DNA of 64,000 nucleotides from a virus: the IMG/VR virus record IMGVR_UViG_3300017971_000007; one strand, written 5' to 3'. How positions within the stretch are numbered: position 1 is the stretch's first letter; each line of letters opens with the position of its first letter. Below, piece by piece: positions 17,008-26,585 of this stretch. A program made the position numbers and the translations under genes. The notes below the pieces were generated by a model. It was given only the letters and a program-made list of their open reading frames with translations. It did no database searches and had not been told where the DNA came from.

Positions 17008-17772
17008 ATGAACCCATTAGACGAAGCATATGAACTTCTCGAAAAAGAGGCTATGGCGAAAAAGCCTCTTACTCCACGCGCCCAGAAAGAAATTCAACTG
17101 TGGCATGACTGGAACAATAGCGGAAGAAAGCCTGATAAATTACGCCCGCTGTTAAAATCATTAGACCCTCTCATCAAAAACAAGCAGAGGTTGTACGAAA
17201 ATAGGTTGAGGGATATTCCTCCACCTGCTATCGCGGCGGAGTTCCAGGACCAGGCCGTAAACGCTATCAAGACCTTTGACCCGAATAGAGCTCAGCTTAA
17301 TACGTGGGTGAATAGTCAACTACGTAAGGTCAACAGATTTGTTGATACATACAGGAATACGGCGAGAATTGGGGAGAAGCGTATCAATCAAATAACTCAA
17401 TTCCAGAACGCGGAATCTCAACTAAAAGATGAACTTGGTAGATCCCCAACTGCATTTGAAATATCAGATTTCGCCAAACTTCCTCTTGGAGATGTCCAGA
17501 AGCTTCAATCGGAGATAAGGAGGACATATCCTACGAGTCAATTCGGCGATGCCAGTCCAGCGGCTGTAGTTCCTTCAAAAACAGATCATATCATGCGTCT
17601 TCTTCCTTATGAACTTACGCCGGAAGAAAACGCGGTGTTTGAGTATGTCTACGGAGTGGGAGGGAAACCAAGTCTCAGCACGAACGAGATAGCAAAAAAA
17701 TTAAATGTCAGCGCTCCAAAAATCTCAAGGCTGAAGCAGAATATCGCTAAAAAGTGGGGTGAATACGAATGA
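17008..17772 (+). CDS. sigma-70 family RNA polymerase sigma factor (regions 2-4, FliA/SigF-like size)
   Basis: region 2 AIKTFDPNRAQLNTWV; region 3 ELGRSPTAFEISD; region 4 HTH LSTNEIAKKLNVSAPKISRLKQ. Confidence 0.85.
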   Translation: MNPLDEAYELLEKEAMAKKPLTPRAQKEIQLWHDWNNSGRKPDKLRPLLKSLDPLIKNKQRLYENRLRDIPPPAIAAEFQDQAVNAIKTFDPNRAQLNTWVNSQLRKVNRFVDTYRNTARIGEKRINQITQFQNAESQLKDELGRSPTAFEISDFAKLPLGDVQKLQSEIRRTYPTSQFGDASPAAVVPSKTDHIMRLLPYELTPEENAVFEYVYGVGGKPSLSTNEIAKKLNVSAPKISRLKQNIAKKWGEYE

Positions 17773-17981
17773 CAAAAGCAGCCAGAGACGCAAGGCTTGA
17801 TGAATTAGAAAAAGCTAGTAAAGATTACGGAGAAAAGAAGCTGGAGCAGTTAGACTATGAAGCCCAGTTTCTAGAATCTGTAATCAATAGCAGAACCGGT
17901 GCCGGTCAGCTTGCTGATCAAGGGATATTCGGTTCTGTTGATTTACTGGCTGATTCGATAAAGCAATTTTTGGAGGGATAA
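17769..17981 (+). CDS. hypothetical protein, 70 aa
   Basis: ATGA-type overlap; contains RLDELEKAS. Confidence 0.65.
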   Translation: MTKAARDARLDELEKASKDYGEKKLEQLDYEAQFLESVINSRTGAGQLADQGIFGSVDLLADSIKQFLEG

Positions 17982-18277
17982 TGACTGAACAACGTGACGA
18001 GAAAGTCGATGGCGGCGGTAGTTTCGTGATGACAGAAATGGAAGTCCTTCGTGTAAGATTAGCGACTTCCGAGACAGAGATAGTAGCGAGGCAGATAGAG
18101 AAGCATCAATCTGAAATTAAGTATCTGGCTCTGAGAATCAAGGAATTGAATCAAGAGCTATCAAAAAAGAAAGCGAATGAACAAGAAACTATTTCCTCTC
18201 TGTTCTTATCGAGAGGTCTTGGTAGTTGTAAGATAGTCGGTGTCAAGGCCAACATCATCTCATACGAAAAAATTTAG
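17981..18277 (+). CDS. coiled-coil hypothetical protein, 98 aa
   Basis: GGAGG SD; TAATG overlap. Confidence 0.7.
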   Translation: MTEQRDEKVDGGGSFVMTEMEVLRVRLATSETEIVARQIEKHQSEIKYLALRIKELNQELSKKKANEQETISSLFLSRGLGSCKIVGVKANIISYEKI

Positions 18278-18315
18278 TTCCTCCTTCGAGGTATCTCCTT
18301 TTACAATTAGATATT

Positions 18316-18606
18316 ATGGCGGTAACAGTACGAAGAAGAGATCCGTTAGAAGATAGGATAAGGGAGAATATCCTCCTAACCGGAGCATACGATAACTCAA
18401 ATTTAGTGTTCTATCTTCCGGAGTTAGCTGTCCATAATCCTCCCAAGCGACAGGTGAAAATTGTTCATTGTGGAAGATGGGTACAGCCTACAGAGTACGA
18501 GGTGTTGGAGATCGTTCCTGGGAGCGGATTGTATAATAGGATTAAATTGAGGTTCCCTCCGGGACCCACAAGTAGACTGTACGGACATTACGTTACTGCA
18601 GTCTAG
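18316..18606 (+). CDS. small structural protein, 96 aa
   Basis: ORF; similar in pattern to the C-terminal domain of the next gene. Confidence 0.6.
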   Translation: MAVTVRRRDPLEDRIRENILLTGAYDNSNLVFYLPELAVHNPPKRQVKIVHCGRWVQPTEYEVLEIVPGSGLYNRIKLRFPPGPTSRLYGHYVTAV

Positions 18607-18618
18607 AAGGAGTTTTAG

Positions 18619-20802
18619 ATGCCAGTTTATCCAGGACGTATTGACCAACGGTATGACATTAAAGGGTCCTTGAATGTAGACCAAGCCAAGACCCTGTCCG
18701 AAGAGAATGCTAGTACCGGTCCGGAGGTTTCAACTGGGACCGGTGACAGTATTACGATGGATGGCAGCGAAGCCACACTTGTCGATGCCGGGGCCACATT
18801 TACTGATGACATCATCGGTGATTTCATTACCATCGCAGGTGCTACTAACGGCGGTAATAATGGAACATTTATGGTGGAAAGTAGGGTTAGTGGGACTAGT
18901 ATCACATATACCAACGCCTCGGGCGTAACCGAGACGAGTTCTTTCACGTGGACTATCAATCGACCCTACTCTCTTGAAGACGACCTCAATTTTGAGAGAA
19001 CAGACAGAAAATTAATCAAAGGGACGACAAACTACTACGATGACGTTCCCACGTATCAGCGGCCAAGTGCTATCGGGACAGATGTTCCGGCGAATTTGAC
19101 GAATATCGCCGGAAACACTCTCGATGCCAAAACAGAAGTTATTCCAGTCAAGCAGCCTGGAATAAAACTTCGCCCGGATATCACAGACACAGACGGAAAT
19201 GTTCTTGTTTCTGATGAGACTTTTTCTACGACCAACTACCATTTCGTGGCAGACGATCTCGGTTCATTCATCACATTGACCGACGGTACGGCTGTCGGGG
19301 CCACCGGAACCTACAGAATCAAGACCGTGACTGACGGACAGACTGTCGAGCTCGAAGGCCTGGCGGCGACCGGTGCCGGAACAGTCACATGGAAACTTGA
19401 ATCTGATTTGAAAGAGGTACTGTCCAGCAGAAGTTACGCGGATGCGGTGGACCGGAGAGGAGTTCCGATTGCGGATTCCGGAGCATATGACGAAACGAAC
19501 TACGATGCTACGTACGTTGAGATCATAAACGCCAATCCTCTCGGGACTCCTGTAGAGGAAGACGGGGACATTATCTTCGGTCGCAGTTTTGGCGATGAGA
19601 AGGATTCTGGTTCTGGTAATGAAGGAACTAGATTCTTTGTCCAACTTCTGACCGGAGATAATGATGGAACCGCGACTGACAGTAGCCTGGAAGATATCTC
19701 AGGGAAATCGGGGACGGCAGCCAGTGTCACTAACGCTGCCAATACTATCACCGGAGTTGTCGGAGCCCAGCAATCGACAGGTACTGGGGATTCAGTAACG
19801 GCAGCTGATGGAAACAACAAACAGACTCTGGCTGATTCCGGGGCCACGTTCAGTGCCGCCGATATCGGGAGAGTCATTACCATCTCCGGAATGACCAACC
19901 CCAATAACAACGGCGCATTCCTTATCACTGATTATATCGATGCCAACACCATCAAATTTATCAATGCGAGCGGCGGGGCAGAAACTAGTGCCTTTACCTG
20001 GACAATCAATACCAGAGTTGCTACCGAGGCCGATATCGGTAGGTACATTACCGTCTTCGATACCGGAGTTGATGGAAATCAACGACACGCGCTCATTACG
20101 GCCTTTGCCGAAGGTCAGTACACTGTAAGCGGTTCGGCATTTGCTACCGACGCCAATGACGGTTCAATCAAATGGCAGCTTTCTCGTCACCCCGGAACTT
20201 GGGATTTCTACAACGGTGACAGATACCGTAAGGATGAAGTTCCTGAGACTGCTGGCAGAAGAATCCTCATCGGCGGGATTGTCGGTGATGCGGAATTGAC
20301 GGCCGACGTTTCAGAAATCAGGGAATTTCTGGGGGCCGCTGATGGGGATACTGCACCGTCACTGTCCAATACCGGCAACTACTACCCGTTCAGTGATATC
20401 CCCAATCCATCTGATTCTGATGTTGAGGAAGCTCTTAATATCCTGAATAGGGAAATCGGTTCCAGAGATTATAGCGGGACTATATTGACAGATGGACAGT
20501 CTGTCACGGACAGTCTCCAGGCTTTGTCTACTGCTATTGAGAGCGCGAATATGGTGAGGACTATCGAACGCCTGACTTCTGGAATTTCGAAGTACTCCTT
20601 GCATACTCTTCCTGGGAGTATCTCTTATACACTGGACGGGACGAATAATGGGCGGAACATGATCGTGGTTTGGAGAAAACAAATCAGGGTTCCTGGTTCT
20701 GTAGCTAATAACGACGACTATGAAGAATACAGCACAACTCAGATTCGCCCATTTGAAAACATCATCATCGGAGACGCTGTAGAATACTGGATCTATAACT
20801 AA
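18619..20802 (+). CDS. acidic Thr/Gly-rich virion protein with repeated ~78-aa beta modules, 727 aa
   Basis: AAGGAG SD; modules at 18730-18960 and 19774-20010. Confidence 0.8.
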   Translation: MPVYPGRIDQRYDIKGSLNVDQAKTLSEENASTGPEVSTGTGDSITMDGSEATLVDAGATFTDDIIGDFITIAGATNGGNNGTFMVESRVSGTSITYTNASGVTETSSFTWTINRPYSLEDDLNFERTDRKLIKGTTNYYDDVPTYQRPSAIGTDVPANLTNIAGNTLDAKTEVIPVKQPGIKLRPDITDTDGNVLVSDETFSTTNYHFVADDLGSFITLTDGTAVGATGTYRIKTVTDGQTVELEGLAATGAGTVTWKLESDLKEVLSSRSYADAVDRRGVPIADSGAYDETNYDATYVEIINANPLGTPVEEDGDIIFGRSFGDEKDSGSGNEGTRFFVQLLTGDNDGTATDSSLEDISGKSGTAASVTNAANTITGVVGAQQSTGTGDSVTAADGNNKQTLADSGATFSAADIGRVITISGMTNPNNNGAFLITDYIDANTIKFINASGGAETSAFTWTINTRVATEADIGRYITVFDTGVDGNQRHALITAFAEGQYTVSGSAFATDANDGSIKWQLSRHPGTWDFYNGDRYRKDEVPETAGRRILIGGIVGDAELTADVSEIREFLGAADGDTAPSLSNTGNYYPFSDIPNPSDSDVEEALNILNREIGSRDYSGTILTDGQSVTDSLQALSTAIESANMVRTIERLTSGISKYSLHTLPGSISYTLDGTNNGRNMIVVWRKQIRVPGSVANNDDYEEYSTTQIRPFENIIIGDAVEYWIYN

Positions 20803-20854
20803 AAAAAGAAACGGTACGTGAGACGACCTCACCAGCTACCGTGTTTCTTTTTTT
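20801..20854. terminator. bidirectional terminator between convergent genes
   Basis: A7-GAAAC-GGTA...TACC-GT-GTTTC-T7. Confidence 0.7.
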
Positions 20855-20873
20855 GTCAGCCATTAATTCCGCA

Positions 20874-21083
20874 TCAGAGCAGGTGTTTCACCAGCTCTGA
20901 TGTTGTCTGGGGGAGTCCCTCCTCCCGTTCACCTGAGTGAACGGGGTTCGAGATCCCAGTTCCGCGCCATTTAAACCAGACTCCGTGGTTCTCGATGTAC
21001 TCTACATCCCAGATGCTGGTTGGCTTCCAATCCCGACCATTCAAATAATTTACAATTACCAAATTCATCAAAACTTTCTTCAT
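20874..21083 (-). CDS. hypothetical protein, 69 aa (start revised to 21083)
   Basis: AAAGGAG SD and promoter motif copy 7. Confidence 0.7.
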   Translation of the reverse strand: MKKVLMNLVIVNYLNGRDWKPTSIWDVEYIENHGVWFKWRGTGISNPVHSGEREEGLPQTTSELVKHLL

Positions 21084-21109
21084 TATTTTCTCCTTTTCTG
21101 ATTCATTAT

Positions 21110-21139
21110 TCTTATACAGAAAAAGGTGTATATTTTTGC
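21110..21139 (-). promoter_or_regulatory. phage promoter motif copy 7
   Basis: gcAAAAATATACacctttttctGTATAAGA. Confidence 0.75.
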
Positions 21140-21151
21140 AAATAACGTTTC

Positions 21152-21181
21152 TTGACATAGGGAGATGCAGATTCGTAGTAT
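21152..21181 (+). promoter_or_regulatory. sigma70-type promoter, probably yielding a leaderless mRNA
   Basis: TTGACA-N18-TAGTAT, ATG 6 nt later, no SD. Confidence 0.6.
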
Positions 21182-21187
21182 CTCTCT

Positions 21188-21430
21188 ATGTTTTCTAAAA
21201 AAGCAGATCTCAGTTTCAATCAAATAAAACCCCTGAATCATAAGGGACAGCCTAACGAGGACTATCCAAAAGATAGAGTTTGCAAGTCCGGTCATGTAGC
21301 CGCTGAGGGTGCCGTATTCTATGACGTAGGTGGAGATGCACTACCCAGAAGACTTTGGGGAAAGTATTGTGAGTTTTGCGTAAAAGTGGCTCAGGCTAGA
21401 GCTAGACAACGTAGGAGTAATGATGTCTGA
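21188..21430 (+). CDS. small putative zinc-binding protein (CKSGH...CEFC)
   Basis: ORF downstream of the promoter. Confidence 0.65.
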   Translation: MFSKKADLSFNQIKPLNHKGQPNEDYPKDRVCKSGHVAAEGAVFYDVGGDALPRRLWGKYCEFCVKVAQARARQRRSNDV

Positions 21431-22091
21431 AAATAGAGGAGCAGGATTAAGAGAGAACTTTCTTCGGCTGCAATCTAATCTGGATTCTTTTTTCCAGGCC
21501 GGTGGAGGGGGGAAAGAGGATTTTAGAAGTTTCTGTTACAGACTACTAAGGAATTTTGAGAATGAGATTGTCAAGAACAGGAACCAAATAACCAAGCTAA
21601 AATCAGAGATCTCATTCTGTGAAGCCACGATGAAGGCCTGCGAGACCCAAGCTAATCTAATCGTCAGTATGGTGACGATTATGGCCAATACTCAGAAAAA
21701 AGGCCTTGCCCAAGAGAAAGCCAAAAAACAAGAGGACTATTTTGGAGATAGACCCCTTACAGATAAGGAGATGCTGGAGAAGGTTTGTTCCTGCTTGTGC
21801 CAGGATGAGGAGGACATGGCCAAATGTGACTGTCCCTGCCATGATGGGAAGCCATGTGGTAACGAAGAGTGTAAGGTCTGTTATTCTCCCGATAAAAGTG
21901 GCAAAATTATTGTGTTGAGGGATAAAGCCAAGAAGAAAACTAAGAAAAAGACCTCGACAAAGAAAACTTCCAAAAGGAAGAAGAAATGCCCGGAGGAATC
22001 ACAAACAAAGACATCGAAGACGGATCTATCATCGATGCCGAAGAACTCGCCTCAGACGGAACCTCAGAGTACAACACCGGGGTCTCAGTAG
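21420..22091 (+). CDS. coiled-coil + Cys-cluster + Lys-rich protein, 223 aa
   Basis: AGGAG SD; CSCLC...CDCPCH...C...CKVC. Confidence 0.7.
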   Translation: MMSENRGAGLRENFLRLQSNLDSFFQAGGGGKEDFRSFCYRLLRNFENEIVKNRNQITKLKSEISFCEATMKACETQANLIVSMVTIMANTQKKGLAQEKAKKQEDYFGDRPLTDKEMLEKVCSCLCQDEEDMAKCDCPCHDGKPCGNEECKVCYSPDKSGKIIVLRDKAKKKTKKKTSTKKTSKRKKKCPEESQTKTSKTDLSSMPKNSPQTEPQSTTPGSQ

Positions 22092-22714
22092 TATCAACTA
22101 CTGCATCTACCAAAGAGGTACTGTTTACTGGTACCAATCTCTACCTAATCCGAGACAAAGACGCCAGAGCCGAATCAGGAGACAAGATAGTTCTGTCCGG
22201 GACTACCGGAGCTGATGGTACATACACCATCGATGAGGTTCTTACAGATACGAAAGTAACTGTAGTCGAATCTATAAATGATTCTACTGGAGGTACGGCA
22301 TCCTTTAGGTACCCGCCCGGGGCATCGAAAGTCGGGGTAGACCCGTCCAGTATAGCTGGAACATCCGCGACGAATGTTCAGCAAGTTCTTGAAGAGATAA
22401 GTGCTGGAAGTGGATGGGGTGAGGACGACCATGAAAATGCTGATACACTGGTACATGAAATCGCTGAAGATAGTGAGGGAGTCATCACGTACAACTCCGA
22501 TGGCGAGGTAACTAATGTTGTTATTAGGGATCAATCAGATACCCCCAAAATAAGAGAAGTAGATATCACGTGGTCAGACGGAGAAATCTCTTCTTTTACT
22601 GAGACTCAGTATAAAGGTGATGGAAGCGAAAAATATCACCTAGACACTACTCTATCTAAAGATGGGGATGGGAACATAATTGGGTGGTCAACAGATAAGG
22701 TGATTCCGACATGA
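21986..22714 (+). CDS. acidic virion structural protein, 242 aa
   Basis: contains a diverged beta module (GDKIVLSGTTGADGTYTIDEV). Confidence 0.7.
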   Translation: MPGGITNKDIEDGSIIDAEELASDGTSEYNTGVSVVSTTASTKEVLFTGTNLYLIRDKDARAESGDKIVLSGTTGADGTYTIDEVLTDTKVTVVESINDSTGGTASFRYPPGASKVGVDPSSIAGTSATNVQQVLEEISAGSGWGEDDHENADTLVHEIAEDSEGVITYNSDGEVTNVVIRDQSDTPKIREVDITWSDGEISSFTETQYKGDGSEKYHLDTTLSKDGDGNIIGWSTDKVIPT

Positions 22715-23280
22715 GTGTTGTTACTATAGTTGCTGCATCCCCTTTTACGATCCGTTCGAATCGTATTAGATATGCAGATTTTTATAAAAATCCGTCCTCG
22801 ACTACATACTATGTCCTCGTCGATTTGGATAATGGCGGCAGTTCATATAGCCATACCTACTCTGCTGGGAAATGGATAAAAATAGTCAGGACTGAGGGTT
22901 CTCTAGTTAAAGCGAAAGTTGCGGATGTATGGGACTCAAAATTGGGGGTCATTGTCTCCATAGACGGTACATCTGCAAACGTTATCTGGATAAATCCCGG
23001 CTCCATACAAGCCAGAGATACCGGAAAATTTGAGGGACGTTCTAGCGTCTCTTTCTTTGTGGACCCCGTACCTCTGGAAGTATCAGCTGGCGATCTGTCG
23101 GACATGGCTGCTGGTAATGAGGAGACTGGGATAACTGCCATCAATACCGGAATAACTTTGAAGGACGTTAAAGATGTGGATGTCACTCCAGCAGTAGGAG
23201 ATCTGATATTGAAAGCAACAAGAACTAGTGGAACCGGTTCTGCTGAGATAAGTCTTCTAGCCGGGTATTTGGTGATGTAA
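22711..23280 (+). CDS. structural protein, 189 aa
   Basis: ATGA overlap; beta-rich. Confidence 0.7.
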   Translation: MSVVTIVAASPFTIRSNRIRYADFYKNPSSTTYYVLVDLDNGGSSYSHTYSAGKWIKIVRTEGSLVKAKVADVWDSKLGVIVSIDGTSANVIWINPGSIQARDTGKFEGRSSVSFFVDPVPLEVSAGDLSDMAAGNEETGITAINTGITLKDVKDVDVTPAVGDLILKATRTSGTGSAEISLLAGYLVM

Positions 23281-24650
23281 TGGCTAGAAGAGATAATGAA
23301 CCGTTTGGCGGAGTCCTGTTATACGATGCCTATGATAATCCAATAACCTACAGGCACGGGGATTCTGTAGATTCTGAGAGTTCTGCCATAGCTATTGGTG
23401 GAAGAGATTCATCCTCCCTATTCAGATGGATTAGAACCGATAGATACGGGAATATCCAATCAACTCCATCAGAAAATACCCAGTCAGCTTTCGGAGAGAC
23501 TAAGGTTTCCGAGCCATACCAACTTGCTAATCTGCTGTTCAAGTACAACATCGACCCCCTGGCTTGGGGGACGGATGTTGTCGGCAGTGCAACCGTAACT
23601 CATGTCGCAGCAAAATCCGCGGCTCAGTTATACGTGTCCTCAGCTGATGCGGATAACGCGAGGTTGAGAACTCACGACTATTACCAATACAGATTCGGTC
23701 TAGGGTTATTTGTCAGACTCAATGTCTGGCATTCTGATGAAGGCCAGACAAACCAGGTCAGAGAGTGGGGTATCTTCACTGAAAATGATGGCCTACTCTG
23801 GAAGTTAGATGGTACGGCTTTAAAGATAGTCGTTCGGACTTCAACCAGTGGGTCCCCAGTGGAGACGGTCTATACTCAGGCGAATTGGAGCAATGATCCC
23901 ATGGACGGGACAGGTCCCAGCGGCCTAGACTTGGATATAACCAAAAATAGCACCTACGAAATACAGTTTCAGTGGGGGGCCGGGATAATCAACTTTTTCA
24001 TTGACGGTGTGTTAACTCACAAAATCGAGGGATTCAACAAAAACGCCAGTCCGTTTATGCAGACAGCAGATTTACCGATATCATTCTCCATGAAAAATAA
24101 CGGAGCGTCCACTGCCGGATACATGTATACATGTGGCTCGGCAGCGATGATAGAAAGCGGAGAAGATCTTCCAGATTATTCATTCGGGGCCTATATACCG
24201 TCATATGTCCTTGTCAGTCCAACCGAACGTCCTATTCTGTCCATAAGACCTAAATTAACGTTTAACGGTATTGAGAATAGAATGAGGGTAATTCCAGTAC
24301 TAGGGAAAATAGCCAATGACGGGAAACGAGCTAGCTATAGGGTCATATTAGACGGAACATTAGGGGGAGGAACTAATTTTAATTCCGTCGCAGATGATTC
24401 GGGAGTCGAGTTTGATTATGAATCAACTACTATAAGTGGGGGATTGACGATGCTGGCCGGTCTACTTCCACAGGCAATAGATTCTGACGAAATAAAATTA
24501 TCGATGCTGTTCCATGACGTAAGTAGAGCATTAAGAAGAGAAGCGTTTACGTCGAATGTAAATACCCTGACGATAACAGCAAAAAATGATGGTTCCAGTG
24601 GCGGTGATGTTGAAATGAGAGCATCCATAAATTGGTGGGAAAGCAGATGA
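23280..24650 (+). CDS. structural protein with probable lectin-like beta-sandwich, 456 aa
   Basis: YEIQFQWGAGIINFFIDG pattern typical of ConA-like folds. Confidence 0.55.
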   Translation: MARRDNEPFGGVLLYDAYDNPITYRHGDSVDSESSAIAIGGRDSSSLFRWIRTDRYGNIQSTPSENTQSAFGETKVSEPYQLANLLFKYNIDPLAWGTDVVGSATVTHVAAKSAAQLYVSSADADNARLRTHDYYQYRFGLGLFVRLNVWHSDEGQTNQVREWGIFTENDGLLWKLDGTALKIVVRTSTSGSPVETVYTQANWSNDPMDGTGPSGLDLDITKNSTYEIQFQWGAGIINFFIDGVLTHKIEGFNKNASPFMQTADLPISFSMKNNGASTAGYMYTCGSAAMIESGEDLPDYSFGAYIPSYVLVSPTERPILSIRPKLTFNGIENRMRVIPVLGKIANDGKRASYRVILDGTLGGGTNFNSVADDSGVEFDYESTTISGGLTMLAGLLPQAIDSDEIKLSMLFHDVSRALRREAFTSNVNTLTITAKNDGSSGGDVEMRASINWWESR

Positions 24651-25405
24651 GCGACGGATATCCAATAACGACTCTAGATGCTCCAAAAGAGAGCGACAAG
24701 AAAATAGTCTTTGTTAATAGTCCGGCTAGAGAGGGTTCATATACGTGGCTGACTGGAAGAGGTGATGATCTGGACCCGGAGTCCGGTTCCGGGCGTGGAG
24801 AAGGTCAACAGCTTTATCTTAACTTCACCGGGGCCGGCGAAAATACTGTCACTATCCAATTCAACGAAGCAGTGGAAATACATGACGCTCAACTAAGTTG
24901 GAGACCCGTAGATAATTGGGGATTTAATGATGAATGGAGCGCCTATCTGTATCTTCCAGCTACGACTATTGTCGAAAACGGTGGCGGGACCGGAAATTGT
25001 GACAGAGTAGAAATAATACCTAGTTCCGGCTTATACATCATTGTCCCGGCAGCTGGAGATGGCGCATATGATGTGGATTTAGATGAAGCTGTACCTATCC
25101 CCGATGGCAAGACAGCGAGTAGTCCTGATTCCACAGGTTATTGGGATGTCGATAAGTACTGGTCTGAGGAGGTGACGGTCAATGCAGCTGGAGACGGTGA
25201 ATTCAACTTCTACACCTTTCCCGCCGAATTTTATTTTTGTAAGAGAATGAATTGTGGACATCCTCGCGGGTTCTGGGACTTAGATGCCTACAAAGCAGAA
25301 TGGTTATCTTCGAAATGGCAATTCAAACTATTTGTCGACAAAAACACGGATAGTGCAGGGGAGATAGGCGGATACGTCATGGTTTTCAGACCAGGAGCAA
25401 TATAA
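24647..25405 (+). CDS. acidic structural protein (start revised to ATG 24647)
   Basis: ATGA overlap with the upstream stop. Confidence 0.7.
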   Translation: MSDGYPITTLDAPKESDKKIVFVNSPAREGSYTWLTGRGDDLDPESGSGRGEGQQLYLNFTGAGENTVTIQFNEAVEIHDAQLSWRPVDNWGFNDEWSAYLYLPATTIVENGGGTGNCDRVEIIPSSGLYIIVPAAGDGAYDVDLDEAVPIPDGKTASSPDSTGYWDVDKYWSEEVTVNAAGDGEFNFYTFPAEFYFCKRMNCGHPRGFWDLDAYKAEWLSSKWQFKLFVDKNTDSAGEIGGYVMVFRPGAI

Positions 25406-26043
25406 TGAGCGATCTAAGAATAGGATTCTCTGTTTCGGATTCTATCGTGTCTAAAATAGTCTTATGGGGGTCCGGTGCCGAGGTAGATATCAGCCATTCC
25501 CTATTTATAGCGAAGACTGTGTTCGTTCCATCTACTTTGCATATTTCTGCTTTAGATTACGGTCATGTTGACAATGCAGGAATAAAGGGCGGTTTCGTGG
25601 ACTACTTGACTGTCGGTGCAGAAGGCAGCGGCGTAGATTGGGTACCAAAAAAACAATTCTCAGAGAATAACAGTCTGAAAGCTGAGTTTGATATATTAGG
25701 AGATAGGCAGAAGCTTATCGAAGTAATAAAAACAGTTTCCACTAAATACGGAAATGCCCCGTATGATCATCTAGCGGCAGGAGGGGTCGGGATAAAACAC
25801 AGATTAAAGTGGTTATGGAGAAAAATCGGAAGATGGTTTCGCTCTAAGCTAAGCAAGAATTCTGTCACGTGCACGGAATTGGTTATTCGTCCTCTACAAA
25901 AAGTCGGGTATCAAGGTGTTCAACTTCTGGACCCCGAGCTGACAACAGCCCCAGAGCTCATGAAAGCCCTCTATCTAGCCAAGGACGAGTTTAGATTAGT
26001 CAGAGCCACTAGAGACGTTATGGATTATTTGGAGAGTCTGTAA
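25405..26043 (+). CDS. permuted papain-like NlpC/P60 (YiiX/YaeF-type) enzyme
   Basis: N-terminal SH (ISHS), PYD motif and C-terminal CTELV: His before Cys, as in permuted NlpC/P60. Confidence 0.65.
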   Translation: MSDLRIGFSVSDSIVSKIVLWGSGAEVDISHSLFIAKTVFVPSTLHISALDYGHVDNAGIKGGFVDYLTVGAEGSGVDWVPKKQFSENNSLKAEFDILGDRQKLIEVIKTVSTKYGNAPYDHLAAGGVGIKHRLKWLWRKIGRWFRSKLSKNSVTCTELVIRPLQKVGYQGVQLLDPELTTAPELMKALYLAKDEFRLVRATRDVMDYLESL

Positions 26044-26583
26044 ATGTCCGTTAATGGAAAAGTTGGCAGCCCGGTTCAAATTGTGATGATTCTGGAGGAT
26101 GGGGTAGAGAATCATTATCCACAGGCAGAAATATACGATGCTGGAGGGACTGTCCCGTTAAGCGTTGTGGATTTGGAGCACAAAGCAAAGGGGAGATACG
26201 AAGGGTCGTGGACTCCCAGTTCAGTGGGGACCTACTCTTCACATTTTTTTGTTTACACGGATATAGCCCATACTGTGGAAAGCATTGCCTACTTCCGGGA
26301 AGTGGAGCAGATTTTCGTAACATCCTCTGACGTAGATGATTTAGCTGCCGCAATTCTCAGGGTCTTGGGCCTGTCTCACGAGAACGCTTTCATCGACAAC
26401 ACCAATTTCTCTGCTAACGGCCAGCTTATAAGTGCAAGGATTAGGATATTCGATTCCAAGGCAAATGCCGAGTTGGCGACTGATGGAGGGACAGAAACGA
26501 CTGGTTTGGTAGCCACATATAGTATGACAGCGGATTACGAAGGTCTTGGAAGATTGAAGTCTTATAGGTACTTAAAGGATTAA
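26044..26583 (+). CDS. structural protein, Ig-like N-terminus, 179 aa
   Basis: GRYEGSWTPSSVGTY strand pattern. Confidence 0.6.
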   Translation: MSVNGKVGSPVQIVMILEDGVENHYPQAEIYDAGGTVPLSVVDLEHKAKGRYEGSWTPSSVGTYSSHFFVYTDIAHTVESIAYFREVEQIFVTSSDVDDLAAAILRVLGLSHENAFIDNTNFSANGQLISARIRIFDSKANAELATDGGTETTGLVATYSMTADYEGLGRLKSYRYLKD

Positions 26584-26585
26584 AA

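Noticed and set aside
20943-20969. tRNA-like 3' end (GGGTTCGAGATCCC...CCA) on the plus strand
   Set aside because: No complementary 5' acceptor strand or D-arm upstream, and it lies antisense within a gene that has its own promoter and SD.
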